Shown piece by piece: positions 1 to 17,509 of a stretch of 64,000 nt of DNA. The DNA is from the human T2T-CHM13v2.0 reference genome, Homo sapiens. Every line of letters begins with the position of its first letter. The stretch's first letter is position 1. The stretch lies in NCBI RefSeq assembly GCF_009914755.1, contig NC_060941.1, one strand, 5' to 3'. The translations under genes and the position numbers were made by a program. The notes under the pieces were generated by a model, which had not been told where the DNA came from, searched no databases, and saw only the letters and a list, made by a program, of their open reading frames with translations.

Positions 1-37
1 TGAAGAGTGCTTAATTTATTTATCTATTTATTTTTGA

Positions 38-148
<111 letters not shown>

Positions 149-387
149 TAGCTAATTTTTTTTCTATTTTTAGTAGAGACGGGGTTTCACCATGTTGATC
201 AGGCTGGTCTTGAACTGCTGACCTTGTGATCCGCCTGCCTCGGCCTCCCAAAGTGCTGGGATTACAGGCGTGAGTCACCGTGCCTGGCCTGAAGAGCATA
301 TATTTTTATTTATTTTTTGAGACAGTGTCTCATTCTGTCACCTAGGCTGGAGTGCAGTGGTACGATCAGGGCTAACTGCAGCCCTGA

Positions 388-636
<249 letters not shown>

Positions 637-1292
637 TGAAGGCTCTGCTGGGTTAAAGTTAAATTACTAATAGAAAATAATCTGTGAATTTCTTTGATCT
701 ATACATTGCACCTAACTGGCATATAATACTGTATTACTATTTTGGAGATTTTTCCACCATTAGGATAGATATGGATACTGCTCTTAGGGGCTTAATTAAA
801 AAGCACATTAAAAAAAAAAAAAGACTTGCATTATGAAAAATGGGTTAAAGCCCAAAGCTGAAAATTATAGTCCAGCTACTCAACAAAGTAGCAAGTATTC
901 TTCATTTATAAGAGATGGACTAGCTGAACCAGATGATTTTAAAGATGCCTTCTAGCTTTGTGATTTAGGATTATTTAAAAGTGATATTACCCAATTTTAG
1001 TGGTTTCCAGCCTCAGGAACTGCCAACGATGGGGTGTTCAAATGTCAGGAGCCAAGGCTCTGGCAGCAACACCCCATCTCTGCCAGAACAATCAACGCAG
1101 TTTCCTCTTATCCTGTGTTCTGAGGTCTAAGATTTTTGTTAGAGAAAAGGGGAATTCTTGCCAATGTATGGCAAGTAAAGAAAAGAAAAAAAAAAAGGGC
1201 AAATATGATGCTTAAATAAAAGGTCTGAAAAACTAACCCCTAGATACAATAAAAGACATATCGGCCAATCATAATACACAGATTTTTTAGTA

Positions 1293-1411
1293 GTATATAT
1301 GTGTGTGTGTATGTGTGTATATATATGTATAAACACACACATATATATATACATACACACATATGTATATATGCACATCATATATATATACACATACACA
1401 TACACACACAC
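1293..1411. repeat. Compound (TG)/(TA)/(CA) microsatellite
   Basis: Alternating purine-pyrimidine tract seen directly. Confidence 0.9.
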
Positions 1412-3195
1412 TTTTGTAGAGACAAGGTCTTGCTATGTTGACCAGGCTGGCCTCAAACTCCTGGCCTCAAGCCATCTTCCTACCTTGGCCTCCCAAAGTG
1501 TTGGGATTACAGGTATAAACCATTGTGCCCAGCCTAAGTAGAAATATTAAATGTCAATTGGGGCTTGATTTCCATTGCCGATTATAAAAAAAAAATTGTC
1601 CAATACTGTTGTAATTGAGTGACTGAGTATAAGCCACTATAAATAGTTACAGGAATTATCAAAAAAGATATAGTCCTATGATCTACTCTGTAGAAAGTTC
1701 TTTCTCAGAAGCTTACAGACAGACCATGGAAAGAAGAATTATATTCTTGAAATTCTATGATTTTAGAACTAATCACAGTAATATCTAAGTGCTGGAAAAC
1801 AGAAAGTATTTATCTGGGATCCTTATTCTAGAAGAAGAGGTTGGGTTAAGTTAAAGAAGCCAGGGCTCTGACAGCGTCCCCATCCCAATTCCTGACTCAA
1901 TCACAACAGCTCCGCTTCCGTGTTACATGTTACATGCTGGGTGTTCTTTCATAAATTATGTTTGAAAAAGAATCCCCTAGGAGCAGGAAAGGCTCCCGAC
2001 TTGTACTCAAGTAGAAGAGAAGGCAGGTGTAGAGTCTGGAACAAAGAGGCCTTCCTGACTAATGAACCAGTTTCAGAGCAAGTATCAAGTCTTAGAAGAC
2101 TTTGATGATACAAGGCAGGATCTTGTACTCCTAGTAGCTCCTGACTATAGGTTTTCTAAAGACAAAGCTAGTAACTCTCCTTAGAGACCCAGAAAACTGT
2201 TTCGGAGGGGACAACCAGGAAGAGTCAACTCTAAAGGACAAAATCAAGTGCAGCAATGAAGTGTGGCCCCCTTAACAAAATGGCTTCAAATGAATATGCC
2301 AGTTAAGAGAGCAAGCTCTTTGTACAAAAACATACCAAGGAATTACTAAGACAGATTTTTCCTGTTTGATAAGAAGGCAGTAAAGAGAGGTAAATGGAAC
2401 AGGAAGGCACTGGGTCCACATAATTGAGAAACAGATGCCTCACTTCTGAGTGAGAAAGCAGAGGCTCCACATTCTTATCATTAATCATGTGGTAAGGTTA
2501 GCTGCTTGATTCCCTAATAGAACATTTCAATCTCAAAAAAGGCAGAATTGAACAAAGTCAATCAAGTTCATTATTACCATAGAGATTTTCTCATAAATAA
2601 CTTTAATATAGTATAACAATTCAAAGATTTGGACAGAAAACAAAATGTTATGCTTCTGGGGTTGAAATGCCATTTTTTTTAATACCCTGACTACTTACAG
2701 AAAACAGTCTGATATGGTTTATAATATAAAAGGAGATACAAAGAGAGAGAAAGGCCATTCCGAAGGAGACAAAAGACAAATGTTCCAGGAATCTGAGATG
2801 AAAGAGTTACTGTAACTGAGAACTTAATCTAATTCTGAGCGTCAAGAAAGCAATATCCCAAGAGAAGAGAGTTAAAGATTTTCTTTTTAAAGATCTCTCT
2901 TTAAAGCTGCTATTGCTGTGTATGGAATATTTCTCACAAATGTGACACTATTATCAACATTACAGCAAAATAAATCACCTACTTTACACAGAAATAAGAT
3001 TCCATTTAAGGCAAGATGTCACTGACTAAGGGCTTCATATTGTATTTTCAAGAATGAGAATTAGCAAATTAACCTGCTTGACTTTGATCAAACTCCTTTA
3101 ATGGCCATGAATCAGTGAAAATTCACTTAGATTTCTACAACAGGAACCTAAGCTCAGCTTTGTTCATATGCTGTTATCTAAAAATAAAGCCCTAA

Positions 3196-3513
<318 letters not shown>

Positions 3514-4602
3514 TAACAAAATGTTAAATGCAAACAAAAGTTCATGTATTTTCTAAATTCTCTTTTCTTCTTAAACATGTATAGCAGCAGAAAAGATCTT
3601 TAAGTATTAATTAAAGTTGTAGTCAGGTTAAACAAGTATTGGACAGAATTAATCAAATCTAAAGGAATAAAATAATCAAAAGGAAAGAACTTGTCATCAG
3701 ATAAATTTTAAACATAATTCTAAATTATTTTAAATGCTCTGTAACAATCCACTTGCTGAAAAGAAAACCTTTTAAAGGGTTTCTCATGATATATATATAT
3801 AGCACATATTTTAGCTCACAATACTATGTTACTAATAGTTCCTTGTTTTTGTGACTTAACATTTGGAGACAAAAAAATTAGAAAAAAGATCCTTCCTCTT
3901 CTGAATTATCAGTTCAAATTGCAGATTTAAGTAACATACACAATGAATGGTTTGTTAGGTCAAATCGTATGACATTGTCAATATGCATATTTTTGATATA
4001 CAATACTAGCAATTTCATTTACTTTCATTTTTTGTAGAAAAGAAGTCTCACTCTGTAGCCCAGGATGGTCTTGAACTCCTGACCTCAAGTGATCCTCCTG
4101 CCTCATTCTCCCAAGTTGCTAGGAATACAGTTGAGCCACTGTGCCCGGACAAAGCTAGCAGTTCAACTTAATATGAACATCTGATGAGGCTGGGTATGGT
4201 GGCTCATACCTGTAATCCCAGCATTTTGGGAGGCAAAGGTGGGAGGACTGCTTGATGCCAGGAGTTTGACACCAGCCTGGGCAACACAGCGAGACCATGT
4301 CTTTACAAAAAAATTTAAAAAATAAATAAATATAAAAGAAAATTAGTATTTATAAGAGAAGACTAGTACTTCTCCCTGTTTAAAATAACTTCAAACTGCA
4401 ATTTCTCTATAGGAAACTTGTACTTACAAAACTTACAGAAGTTCTTGTTAACTATTATTAAGTATAATAATAAAAGAAGCATTTCAGTTACAAGACATAA
4501 AAACAAACACCTTCTAAGGATAAGATGCTTAGGTGTTATTGTACCTTCAGATTTAAACAATGACTAAGTACTTCAAAATAAGGTGAGAAATTCTGTACTT
4601 AC

Positions 4603-4685
4603 ATGTTTAAAACAGGTAACCGGAGCTGCTATAAAGCTATTGCTATTGATGTAGTTACCCCAGCTGAAACCTTCCATGGAGACTG
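4603..4685 (-). CDS. MBTD1: MBTD1 exon 6, start of first MBT repeat (AVSMEGFSWGNYINSNSFIAAPVTCFKH)
   Basis: MBT signature FSW..Y....AAP..CF. Acceptor tttAG| at 4687-4686, donor CAT|GTAAGT at 4602. Cumulative 486 nt, phase 0. The gene continues beyond position 1. Confidence 0.95.
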
Positions 4686-4839
4686 CTAAAATGAAACAAA
4701 TTTAGATGTATTATAATTCTCAAATCTTTTATTTATAAGAAGGTTATCATTGTTAAAATGTGTGAAAGGACATAAAATTAATTTATCCCATTTAAAGAAC
4801 GTTTTCTTTATGTAAAGATCAAATAACTTCTCTAAATAG

Positions 4840-5112
<273 letters not shown>

Positions 5113-5367
5113 TGATCCACCTGTCTTGGCCCTGGGATTACAGGTGTGAGCCACCACGCCTGGCCAGGAGTTTCTTAACTGTTCTATACATGACACATGC
5201 TCCTGAGGAAGTGAGGTACAAGCTCTTTGGTTAAGGGGAACAAAGAGAAGTTGAGAGAAGTGTACAGAATGACAAACACTGTTGTGGCTGCTTTTGTGCT
5301 TTTATTTCCATTCAGTTCTTGCCATGTACCTCAGTGAGATACCTACCCCATATCACTTTTAATTACC

Positions 5368-5504
5368 TCACTTTCTATTTACTTCTATTTACTCACTTAT
5401 TGCCTCTTCTATTTACTCACTTATTGCCCTTCTCACTATTTACTCTCTTATTGCTCTCCTCATTATTTACTCACTTATTGCTTCACTTTCTATTTACTTC
5501 TATT
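5368..5504. repeat. Short minisatellite (TATTTACTCACTTATTGC core x4)
   Basis: Four imperfect units of about 25 bp bracketed by a 22-bp direct repeat TCACTTTCTATTTACTTCTATT. Confidence 0.85.
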
Positions 5505-6187
5505 AAAAATCTTCTGGCTGGGCGCTGTGGCTCACACCTGTATTCCCAGCACTTTGGGAGGCTGAGGTGGGTGGATCATTTGAGGTCTGGAGTTCTAGAC
5601 CAGCCTGGCCAACATGGTGAAACCCTATCTCTACTAAAAATACAAAAATAAGCCAAGTGTGGTGGCGTGCGCCTGTAGTCTCAGCTACTTGGGAGGCTGA
5701 GACATGAGAATTGTTCGAACCCATGAGGCAGAGGTTACAGTGAGCCGAGATCACGCCACTGAACTCTAGCCTGAGTGACAGAGCAAGACTCTGTCTCCAA
5801 AAAAAAAAAAAAAATCTATTGGAAATGGTCCTTTCCTTAATCTCCTCTTACTACTCTTCTTCCCTCAATCCCTTTGAAGCCTGCTGAACATCCCATTTCT
5901 TTGCCTAATATCTTCACAATTCAAAGAATCTGTACATGAAAAGTAAATAATAAACCAAATAAAAACATTAAGGAGACTGCCAAAAGCACTTGAACTTATG
6001 CATGCAACTATACTCTTCTAGAGTAATTTATTGAAATCAAAACAACTATTAGGAAGCTTAGAGCTGTAATGTGCTGACAGGACATAGAAACAGCTAGTTA
6101 AACAGAATTCAAAATTACAATGTCATTAATTAAAACTAAATGAATCAATGTCATATATTTCACCTCTGTCAGATTCACCAATATTAC

Positions 6188-6302
6188 CTGCTTTTGTCTT
6201 TGCTTGATTTTGCAAGGTAGCTTGATACTGAGCATATGCGGCTAGCTTAGCAACTAAAGGTTGTTTCTGAAGAACTTTTGCTTTCTTTGTTGGAGGCTTA
6301 CC
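6188..6302 (-). CDS. MBTD1: MBTD1 exon 5 (GKPPTKKAKVLQKQPLVAKLAAYAQYQATLQNQAKTKA)
   Basis: Acceptor ttttAG| at 6304-6303, donor G|GTAAT at 6187. 115 nt, open in the expected frame. Too short for the ORF track. Confidence 0.94.
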
Positions 6303-7587
6303 CTAAAACAAGAAAAGTTAAGTAAATAGGATTCTTTTTCATCCCCTCACCACCACAATTTAACTGGACTGCATACTACACATTCTGCTTAAGTAAACAT
6401 TGAGGGTTTAGAAAATTATTAAAGCAGAGGAAACATACAAGAATTTTAACATGAGAATTTTTTTCTGGAGTTCTGCTACAATGTAGTTATCTAATATGGG
6501 TAGCAGAGCTGGCATAGACTACAACAGCAATATGCAAATTAATATGTTAATAAAAAATTATATCCCACAAGATGTTAAAATATAGGCTGTGGTGGATACT
6601 TGATTCCTTCTTACAGTAGATAGAACCAGTGGTTATTTACTCATGCAGGTTGCCAAGCATTGCTATTTATATGGTAAGAGAAGATAATTTAATGTTCAAA
6701 GAGCAAGTGACTGAGGTTTATACCTTTAGTGCTAACGCAAAAGATCAATGACAAAATGATCATGGGCCAAATTCACAGTGTGACAAACTGCCATCCATTT
6801 GGGTACAGACCACTGCTCAGGATCTTTAGGTACTGTCTATCTGAAATATAGAAATACATCTAAGTGATGTATTTCCTTAATTTGGAGGATTTAAATAACC
6901 CTTTCAGTGCTATGTAATGATCACAATAATAAATTAAATGAGAAGACTGTGATCATCCAATAAAAATACTGCAAAAATCAGTTAAGTTAATGCCTTTAAA
7001 AAGTAGTTTACAATACAATAGTAAGAACTTAGTCAAATGGTCAAGTCTCCAGTCATTTTGTAGGCACTGATGTACATTTAAAGCAAGACGATTTTCTTTC
7101 CATACCATGAGCGTTGTCAAAAAGGTTAGTTGGATTAACCAAATACATTTGGTCAATGTATCAAATGGATTGTACTAAAAAGTACAAAGCGAGGACGATG
7201 AGAAAATAAAACCAGAGATTAAATTATTTCCCCCCAAATGTTGAAAGATTCTACCTTGATGTTAACACAAAAGGAAACAAGGGGAAACAGGAAAATGTCT
7301 TCAATTTCTGTATATAAAAAAGTGTTTATACTTATTTGGAAAAAGGATATTTTAATTAACTTCTGCAAATAATAGTTTATTTGGATAGTATGCCTTATCC
7401 ATTTAAAATAGTTTTTCAATTTTATAGGCTGAACAAACTTTGGGGCTCACATGTTTCCTCAAGATGTGGTATAAAACCATAACTGAGTGGGCAGAGGTGG
7501 AGTACAGTGAATCACAGTCAAATGACAGATAAATGGCAAAAGCCATAGAAATAATGGATATAAGTAAGAAAGTTTCTGTACCGTTAC

Positions 7588-7721
7588 CTGAAGTCTGGCC
7601 AAAATGCTTGCCTTCTTGGAGTTTGACGAGTAACTTCTTGAACATGAAACGCTACAGAAACGCTTTGTTTTAGAGTAAAAAGCATCTCGGACGCCAACCA
7701 TCCCACACATCTCACAGGTAG
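7588..7721 (-). CDS. MBTD1: MBTD1 exon 4: FCS-type zinc finger (ATCEMCGMVGVRDAFYSKTKRFCSVSCSRSYSSNSKKASILARLQ)
   Basis: CxxC...FCSxxC motif. Acceptor aattAG| at 7723-7722, donor CAG|GTAAC at 7587. 134 nt restores phase 0 (cumulative 288). Confidence 0.96.
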
Positions 7722-8826
7722 CTAATTAACAAAATAAAAACACTGGTGTTATGATGATATAATAAAATCAATCTTCATCTAACAGTTTAAATAATTTCTC
7801 CTGCCATCTGAAAGTTTTAATTAAAAAATTTGCCTTGAACATTTCTTCTATCTCCTATACAAATGATAAAGAAGCCTGCACAGAGAAGTCAGAGAGAACA
7901 CTGGTATTGTGCCATGGTGATGGGCTCTATAAGGTCTGATAGTGGCTTGAGGTCTGAAAGGTTTACAAAGGGTCAACAGAAACAGGGCAGATACGCTGGA
8001 TTCAACCAACATTTCCTTAGTGCTTACCATGTGCCAGGCATTTTCATATACAACAAATTCCAGCTTTTGAAATGATTACACTTGAAAGATGAAAAGTGCC
8101 ACACAACTGAGGATTAATAACAAAGTATAACACAGGCCTTTAAAATACTGCAAAGGTTGAAACTTAAAAAGAGGTAATACTTGGAAAAATGCTAAGAGCT
8201 GTATGAGGATTCCTTCAAGTTATGTTTAGGGGACAAAAAAAAGGAATGGGTTCAAAGTTTGAGGTAGAGGCCAGGTGTAGTGACTCATGCCAGTAATCCC
8301 AGAACTTTGGGAGGCCGAGGCAGGAGAACTGGCTCAAGGCCAGGAGTATGGGACCAGCCTGGGCAAGATAGCAAGATCCAGTATCTTCAAAAAATAAAAA
8401 TAAAAAAGAGCCAGGCATGGTAGCACACACCTGTAGTCCCAGCTATTCAGGAGGCTGAGGCGGGAGGACTGCTTAAGTCCAGGAGTTCAGGGTTACAGTG
8501 AGCTATGATCGCACCACTGCACTCTCGCCTGGACAACAGAAGGAGATCCTGAATCAAAAACAAAAAACAAAACAAAACAAACAAACAAAAAACAAAACAA
8601 GTTTGACGTAGGTGCTCTATTATTAATCAGTGATAGTGGGAAACAGCAGAACTCTTGGCTACTATTGCATAATAGACAATAATTTGAAAGGTAGAATTAG
8701 AACAAGGTTCACAAGAATTGAAGTTTAAAAAAGATAAACAAAAAGTAACATAGCAAATAACTGCCTTAGTGAGTTAAAGCCTCCACCCAAACAGGTAAAC
8801 TGGAGAAGCCTGTAGTGTAACTGGTA

Positions 8827-9162
8827 CGGTTGGCTCTGTGCTTCCATGGGTTCTGTATCTGTGGATTCAACCAAAAGCAGACTGAAAATATTTTGGGAAA
8901 AAAAAATTGCGTCTGTACTGACCATACACAGACCGTTTTTTTCTTATTATTCTCTAAACAGTATAGTATTAACAATTATTTGCATGGCATTTACATTGTA
9001 TTAGCTATAAGTAATCTAGACATGATTTAAAGTATATGGAAGGATGTGCGTAAGTTATATGTAAATACCACATCATTTTATATAAGGAATTTGAGCATTT
9101 GTGAATTTGGTATCTGAGGGAAATCTTGGAACCAATCCCCCATGGATACCAGGGGACAACTG
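8827..9162. mobile_element. MER2-like TcMar-Tigger MITE
   Basis: About 335 bp, TA on both flanks, TIR-like ends (CGGTTGGC.../...GACAACTG) and a MER2-type interior (GTGGATTCAACCAA; GGAACCAATCCCCCATGGATACC). Confidence 0.8.
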
Positions 9163-9169
9163 TACTTAC

Positions 9170-11790
<2,621 letters not shown>

Positions 11791-12265
11791 GAAACTGCTT
11801 CCTTTTTCATTTCCTTTTTCTTTTTCAAGCCAGATTTTAGGCAGAGAGAAATTCCTTACTGAGTCAGAGAATATCCAAGCACCAGTTATGTTAAAACGGA
11901 AATTATAAGAAATTAATATAGAGGAGGGAGCCCAACCTCGAATGTCTCTTTCAATTTTATAAGCCCATGATCCTATGCACTTATACTTTCAGTTACAGAG
12001 GCATTTCTTATCTAATTACTAAATTTATATCCACATGAAGTTTCTCACTGGCCTTTTTTTGTTGTTGTTGTATTTGCTTTCCACCAGGAGGTAGGCAAAA
12101 TAAAGAGTTAAACACCAACTCAGTGATCTTATCTCGAATTATAAACGTCAGCTCTTCAAACTGCCCCTTAATAATTCTAAGGAAGGGGAAATGACAGAAG
12201 AAACCAAATGAAAACACACCCTTAAACATAAAGCTGTAGAACAGGTGAAGGTTATAAATACTCAC

Positions 12266-12419
12266 CCATGCCAGATTTACCATCTGGGTATGTGTAGACT
12301 TGCCCATTGTTTTTGATAATCGGGAGATTAGAAGGTAAAGGAGCGACTTCTTCCTCACTCTCTTCGGAGCTGGAGCTGCTGCTTGTGTCCTCACTGCAGC
12401 TATCATAACCGTCAAACAT
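12266..12419 (-). CDS. MBTD1: MBTD1 exon 3 coding part (exon spans 12467-12266, including 48 nt of 5'UTR): MFDGYDSCSEDTSSSSSSEESEEE...YPDGKSGM
   Basis: Recognisable MBTD1 N-terminus in ORF 12252..12506. Acceptor cttcaaAG| at 12469-12468, donor G|GTGAGT at 12265. 154 coding nt, ending in phase 1. Confidence 0.95.
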
Positions 12420-12896
12420 CCCGAAAGAATCTCTTCTTTTCCTTTCAGATCGTGAAGAATGTTCAGTCTTTGAAGTAAGAGAAACCAGTGACACATGACA
12501 CAACACTCATACACACCCCCTAAAAGACCCTAGCACAAATTCTGGTAAATGAGATTTGATAAATGAAAACGCAGCCCTGAGAAATAACCATTTTCTTTCT
12601 TTTTTTTTTCTTTTTTTTAAAAATGCTTTGAGACAGTCTCGCTCTGTCACCCAGGCTGGAGTGCAGTGACAATCTTGGGTCACTGCAACCTCCACCTCCC
12701 GCACTCAGATGATCCTCCCACCTTGGCCTCCTGAGTAGCTGGGACTACAGGCAAGTGCCACCATCCCATAAACATTTTTGTGTTTTTTTTTTTGTAGAGA
12801 TGGGGTTCTGCCATGTTGCCCAGGCTGGTCTTTAATTCCTCGTCTCAAGCAATCTGCCCACTCAAGCCTCCCAGAGTGCTCGGATTATGGATGTGA

Positions 12897-13157
<261 letters not shown>

Positions 13158-13908
13158 TGAGTAGCTGTGATTACAGGTGCATGCCACCACACCCAGCTAA
13201 TTTTCGTATTTTTAGTAGAGACAGGGTTTTGCCATGTTGGCCAGGCTGTTCTCAAACTCCTGAACTCAGGTGATCCGCCCACCTCGGCCTCCCAAAGTGC
13301 TGAGATTACAGGTGTGAGGCACCACACCCAGCCTAATCCTAGCACTTTGGGAGGCCGAGGTGGGATGATAGCTTGAGCCCAGGAGTTTGAGACCAGCCTG
13401 GGCAACATGGTGAGACTCCCACTCTACCAAAAAAAAACACAAAAAAACAAAACAAAACAAAAAAACCATATAAAAATAATTGTGGGCCAGGCATGGTGGC
13501 TCACTCCTATAATCCCAGCACTTTGGGAGGCCGAGGTGGTCAGAGGAGTTTGAGGAGTTGAGGAGTTTGAGACCAGCCTGGGCAACATGACGAAACCCTG
13601 ACTCTACAAAAAATGCAAAAATTAGCTGAGTGTGGTGGCACGCATCTGTAGTCCCAGCTATGTGGGAGGATCACTAGAGCCTGGGAGGTGGAGGTTGCAG
13701 TGAGTTGAGATCATGACACTGCACTCCAGCCTGTGTGACAGAGAGAGACCATGTCTCAAAAATAAAATAAAATAAAATAAAAATCGTGGTGAAATATACA
13801 TAACAAACATGATTTTTAAATTTGCCTTTCATCTCTAAAACTAAACTTCTAGACCAATTTGGAGTATCCAGAAAATATGGATGCTTTTTTTCTTTCTTTT
13901 TTTGATGA

Positions 13909-14166
<258 letters not shown>

Positions 14167-14215
14167 TGAGGCACCGCACCCAGCCAACACACAGACGTTT
14201 TTAAAAATTGCTTTG

Positions 14216-14552
<337 letters not shown>

Positions 14553-14609
14553 CTAGTACTTTGAGAAGTCAAGGCTGGTGGATTGCTTGAGCCCAGGAGT
14601 TCAAGACTA

Positions 14610-14909
<300 letters not shown>

Positions 14910-15032
14910 TCAGCTGGGTGCAGTGGCTCACGCCTGTAATCCCAGTACTTTGGGAGGCTGAGGCGGGGAGATCACCTGAGGTCAGGAGTTTGAGACCAGC
15001 CTAGTCCACGTGGGGAAATCCCGTCTCTACTA

Positions 15033-15227
<195 letters not shown>

Positions 15228-15365
15228 TTACAATTTTAAGATGGCAAATATTTCAGAAATTGTAGGAGATAATATTTCTACATATATATTTATTCAGTTT
15301 TTAAAAAAACATAAACAATGGTTTAAAACCCAACCCAATTTTCTCAAGCTAAACAGTATTTCCTC

Positions 15366-15640
15366 AGAAAACCAAATACCACATGTTCTCACTTATAAGT
15401 GGGAGCTAAATGATGAGAACACATGGACACATAGAGGGAACAGCAGACACTGGGGCCTATTGGAGGGTAGAGGGTGGGAGGAGGGAGAGGACCAGGAAAA
15501 ATAACGAATGAGTACTAGGCTACTAGGCTTAGTATCTGGGTGATGAAATAATCTGTTCGACAAACCCCCATGACACACATTTACCCACGTAGCAAACCTG
15601 CACAAGTACCCATGAACTTAAAATAGAAGTATTAAAAAAA
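15366..15640 (+). mobile_element. L1PA/L1PB-type 3' end (5'-truncated)
   Basis: CATGTTCTCACTTATAAGTGGGAGCTAAATGATGAGAACACATGGACAC...AAACCTGCAC...AACTTAAAATA followed by an A tail. Confidence 0.9.
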
Positions 15641-16237
15641 TTTCCTTTTCAAAGAAAGATACAAAGAAGTTATATCATCTTTAGTGAATGCTGGTCTTAT
15701 GTCTCCTCCAAGATGTTGCCTCATTCAAACCACGAAAAAAAAAAAAAAACAAGACAAAACTAATATTGCTACTCTAACCATTTCCAAAATAAATTGCATA
15801 ACTACAGGCTTTGTGAGAAGTGAAAAGAAAATAGGAGACAATAAAAAGGACAAAAAAAAAAAAATTGGGAGGCTGGGCGCGGTGGGTCACGCCTGTAATT
15901 CCAGCACTTTGGGAGGCTGAGGTCAGGAGTTTGAGACCAGCCTGGCCAATATGGCGAAACCCCACCTCTACTAAAAATACAAAAAAAAATTAGCCGGGAG
16001 CAGTGGTAGGCGCCCGTAATCCCAGCTACTCGGGAGGCTGAGGCAGGGAGAAATGCTTGAACCCGGGAGGCAGAGATTGCAGTGAGCTGAGATGGCGCCA
16101 CTGTACTCCAGCCTGGGTGACAGAGTAAGAGTCCTTCTCGGGGGTGGGTGGGTGGGAAAAGGGAAAGGTATCTCAAATGCAAAATAAAAACAGGAGACGG
16201 GCCACTGGCTGAGGCCCAGCTCATGTCCCTAAACCTA

Positions 16238-16447
<210 letters not shown>

Positions 16448-16752
16448 TTAAGTGAGTTATAACCAGAGAGATGAAAACTATCAACTCAAGAATCTTTGAG
16501 ATTTGGCACCTATCCTTTTTCTTTTGCTACACAGATACAGTTTTTTTTTTAATCCTCTCACACTACACTTTAAGCTAAAATTTTTTTTTCCTGGCTAGTC
16601 TACCTTCTTTTTGGTATTAAATGACCACAAAACAAAGCTAGTATTACATGACCAGTAACAAGGCTGAAATCTGTTGTCCTAAGTTTGACAAGATAAAACC
16701 ATCCACATGTCATTGTCAGGTATTAAACATTTGCATTGAGACAGGAAACTAA

Positions 16753-17198
<446 letters not shown>

Positions 17199-17299
17199 AG
17201 TATACGTTTTTAGTACTGCCTTTTAGATACAATTTTAAAAAGAAAAACCTATCATTTGTGGACACTTCAGAATTATTCCTCCTGTTCCCTGCATCAGTC

Positions 17300-17490
17300 T
17301 TCCCTAGCTTGGTCATCTAACCTGATTCAGCAGATTTGGTTCTGAATAACTTTTAGGTATTTCTATAAATCAAAGGTATTTTCAAAGAATCAAGATTTGC
17401 TACAATCAGAAGATCTAAAAGATGAAGTGAGACCTTGAAGGCAATACAAAAGAAAAGTTCTAATAGCACTTTGAACTGACAATGTGGAAG
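17300..17490 (+). mobile_element. Mariner (MARNA-like) transposase fossil
   Basis: Translates as DSADLVLNNF*VFL*IKGIFKESRFATI, a decayed match to the mariner YSPDLAP.DF.LFPK.K..LKGRRF motif, followed by LKAI.K..F. Confidence 0.6.
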
Positions 17491-17509
17491 GGAATGGGAC
17501 AACCACATT

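Noticed and set aside
5368-5504. Repeat-spacer-like pattern suggesting a CRISPR array
   Set aside because: Eukaryotic intron, spacers only 5-8 nt, and no cas genes. It is a minisatellite.
12008-12514. 168-aa ORF overlapping MBTD1 exon 3
   Set aside because: Alternative frame of the exon running into introns on both sides, with no recognisable domain.
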